In this document: positions 33,131-35,970 of the stretch, piece after piece | How the letters are laid out: every line of letters starts with the position of its first letter | Numbering within the stretch: position 1 is the stretch's first letter | Assembly: GCF_006345805.1 (NCBI RefSeq) | Contig: NW_021836861.1 | Location: 1-35,970 of the forward strand | Source of the DNA: Octopus sinensis | Lineage: Eukaryota | Direction of reading: 5' to 3' | Length of the DNA: 35,970 nucleotides | Notes under the pieces: generated by a model | The model's database searches: none | Seen by the model: only the letters and a program-made list of their open reading frames with translations | What the model was told of the DNA's origin: nothing | Program-made: the position numbers and the translations under genes

Positions 33131-34495
33131 TGTATTACGGTGTCAGCTGTTCACTACCAGTGAACTAATGCAACACCCCTTATTTTTCAAGCACCATTCG
33201 TAGTATTCGAGCGGTTCCAAGCAGTGCTGTTTTCTGCAAGTGCTCCACCCTTATTGCAGCCCTTATTTGTTCCATGTAATTCTCAAGATTTTTACTCACT
33301 GTTTCCAGGGATCTGACAATTATTGATACTACTACCACCTTTTCAGCGACCACAACTGCTTAACCTCCCAAGCTAACCTGTCATATCTATCGACTTTTCT
33401 TTCTTCCTTATCGCATAACCTGTTGTCAGATGGGCATGCTATGTCTATGATCCAGCATAGTTTGCTTTCTTTCTCAATTAACACTTTATCTGATTTCCTT
33501 TGCATTGTCATTTTCGATGATGCCTTCGGGTTCGTACCACATTTTTGTGCTGTCAAGTCCATACTTGTTGCAAAGTGTCCAATGAACAACTCTTGCTATG
33601 TTGTTATGACGTCTCTTATATCCTTTCTGAGATAGTGGCGTACATTGACTGGTAATATGCCATATGGTTTCACCATTTTGTCCACAAATTCTGTACTTAT
33701 CACTTTCTCATGTGTTGTCTATTCTGTATTTGATGTAATTATTTCTTAATGCTTGCTCTTGGGCAACACAGATTAGAGCCTCCGTTTCCGGTTTTAAATC
33801 ACTTTTAGTCATCCATAGCCATCTTTTTTCTCTGTCTGTCTTATCTTCACCCTCTTTTTCTTGGTACATACAGTCTGTCTGTGTCACTTTTGCGTGGAGT
33901 ATCCCATATCTAGTCAGTAGCTTCATTGTCCTTCTCTCTAAGCTGTTTAGCTCATCTACTGTCAATGCGATTACCCCTGCCCCATATCTAAGGAGAAGAA
34001 ACCGCCCAAGTGTTGATAGCTTCAATCTTATTCCGTCTGTTTAATTTCAACTTAAGGTTCAGTCTGCGCAAGTATTCCATCCTAAATTTTTCTGTCATTT
34101 CTTTCTCCATCAATTTATCCATTTCCAAAATCCCCGTCTCTTCTATTTGCTTCATAACCTCCCTCGACGGTATCGCTAGTCCGTCCATACATTTAACTTT
34201 GGAAGATGCCTTTCCTAATTCCTATTGTCCCTAAACTTCTTCCATTTGTTGTCAGTTCCGTCCTCCACTTCGCCATACTTTTTCCAAGCAATCGCTCAAC
34301 ATTCGATGCAATACCAAATAGGTTCAGACATTCCATAATCCAAGAATGTGGGAACATATCGTATGCCTTACGATAATCAATCCATAGCATGGCTAAGTTA
34401 GTTTTCCTCTTCTTGCAGTCGCTAATTACAGTTTTATCTTCCAGGAGTTGGTCCTTGGTACCTCTACACTTACGCCTGCACCTCTTCTGCTCATT
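33131..34495 (-). mobile_element. R4/Dong-like RLE non-LTR retrotransposon fragment, internally deleted and frameshifted
   Basis: RT N-terminal part RGTKDQLL...[21 protein letters not shown]...IRKGIFQ; INTWAV...LLRYGAGVI; LKPETEALICVAQEQAL; zinc knuckle ICGQNGETIWHITSQC...YKRRHN; RLE CWIIDIACPSD...DRYDRLAWEVKQLW; C-terminus LQKTALLGTARILRMVLEK-stop at 33180-82. Confidence 0.92.
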
Positions 34496-34942
<447 letters not shown>

Positions 34943-34960
34943 CGACTCTACTATCAAGGA

Positions 34961-35102
34961 GCTTGACCCTTTAACGGACGAGTGGACTGGATCAAGGTGG
35001 ACAGAAGTGATTTGCTCAAGAAGACAACGCAGCGCTTGTCTGGGAATCGAAACCACAATCTCGTGGTCTATGTACAACATCCTAATCACAACGCGTCTAC
35101 GC
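34961..35102 (-). mobile_element. SINE family C 5' fragment
   Basis: Shares tgaccctt, tggactgga and gtg.tttgct..ag with 26370-26460; GGTTTCGATTC B-box-like motif on the minus strand. Confidence 0.6.
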
Positions 35103-35117
35103 ACACACACACACATA

Positions 35118-35234
35118 GTGGGGTTTCTGTGTGTATGTGTATGTGTGTGTGTATGTGTGTGTGTATGTGTATGTGTGTGTGTATGTGTGTGTTGTGTGTG
35201 TGTGTGTATGTGTGTGTGTATGTGTGTGTGTGTG

Positions 35235-35279
<45 letters not shown>

Positions 35280-35335
35280 TGTGTGTGTATGTGTGTGTGT
35301 GTGTATGTGTGTGTGTGTGTGTGTGTGTATACATA
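35118..35335. repeat. (TG)n/(TGTA)n microsatellite
   Basis: Direct reading. Confidence 0.92.
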
Positions 35336-35970
35336 CGTACACATACGTTGGGCGATACTGGAGACTAGAAAAGACTGCTGCTATTTTTGCAGGTCGAGCA
35401 AGCACTTAAAGCCTTCCTCGTTAGCTCGCCTTACTGAGTGATGTAATGGTGCAATGATGCAACGAAGCAGTGTTGCACTATTACACACAGTGTGCAGCAA
35501 CATCCCACTCCCCCTCTCTCTGGAATCTATGTAATATGAACCGACTGCATTGTGTCAGGTCGCAGTGCTGCGTCGTAGTGTTCAGAAAGACACAATTACC
35601 TCCCTTGTCTGGTGATAAGGCAGAACACGTGGATGTATGTGTGTGTGTTCGTGTATGTGTTTATATGTGTGTGTTCGTGTGTGTGCGCGCATGTGTGTAT
35701 ATGTATATATACATATATATATAGACATATATATATTTACATACACTCATTGGTGATTATGGTTGTTGATGAACTACTACAGTCAGCAGGATTGTCACGG
35801 CTGGAACGCTCTTGATCATAGGTATGTTTAACAACCGCAACCGCACAATTACGTCAGACCCTCAAACATATCCCAGTGCAGCATTTGCGTAACTACAGCG
35901 CTGCACCTCTCAATAAATCTGCAACTGCACGCCTGCACAACTGCATCACTGCAGAACTACTGCAAAACAA

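Overview
A repeat-dense, gene-poor eukaryotic window. The SINE families, the (ATT)n/(TATC)n/(TA)n microsatellite load and TTAGGG repeats suggest an octopod cephalopod; this is an inference, not a database match. No intact host protein-coding gene is supported, and most ORFs in the track are translations of microsatellites. Coding-derived sequence is limited to three dead non-LTR retrotransposon fragments: two R4/Dong-like RLE elements (1-620 +, 33131-34495 -) and one L1/Tx1-like 3' end (18716-19822 +) sitting inside a (TATC)n tract. The window also has many copies of three tRNA-derived SINE families, a Helentron-type non-autonomous element, a foldback MITE, an interstitial telomeric tract and two cryptic minisatellites. 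The most interesting signal is RNA-level: four type I hammerhead ribozyme (HHR) motifs of unrelated sequence (10976-11028, 26000-26061, 29832-29877, 30160-30230). Two overlapping partial copies (4041-4221 - and 29701-29963) reconstruct a ~0.3 kb element with a tRNA-like Pol III head, an (AAT)n spacer and a minimal Penelope-type HHR. This is a candidate ribozyme-bearing SINE that may be mobilised by Penelope-like elements. All structures were folded by eye and need computational and experimental confirmation.
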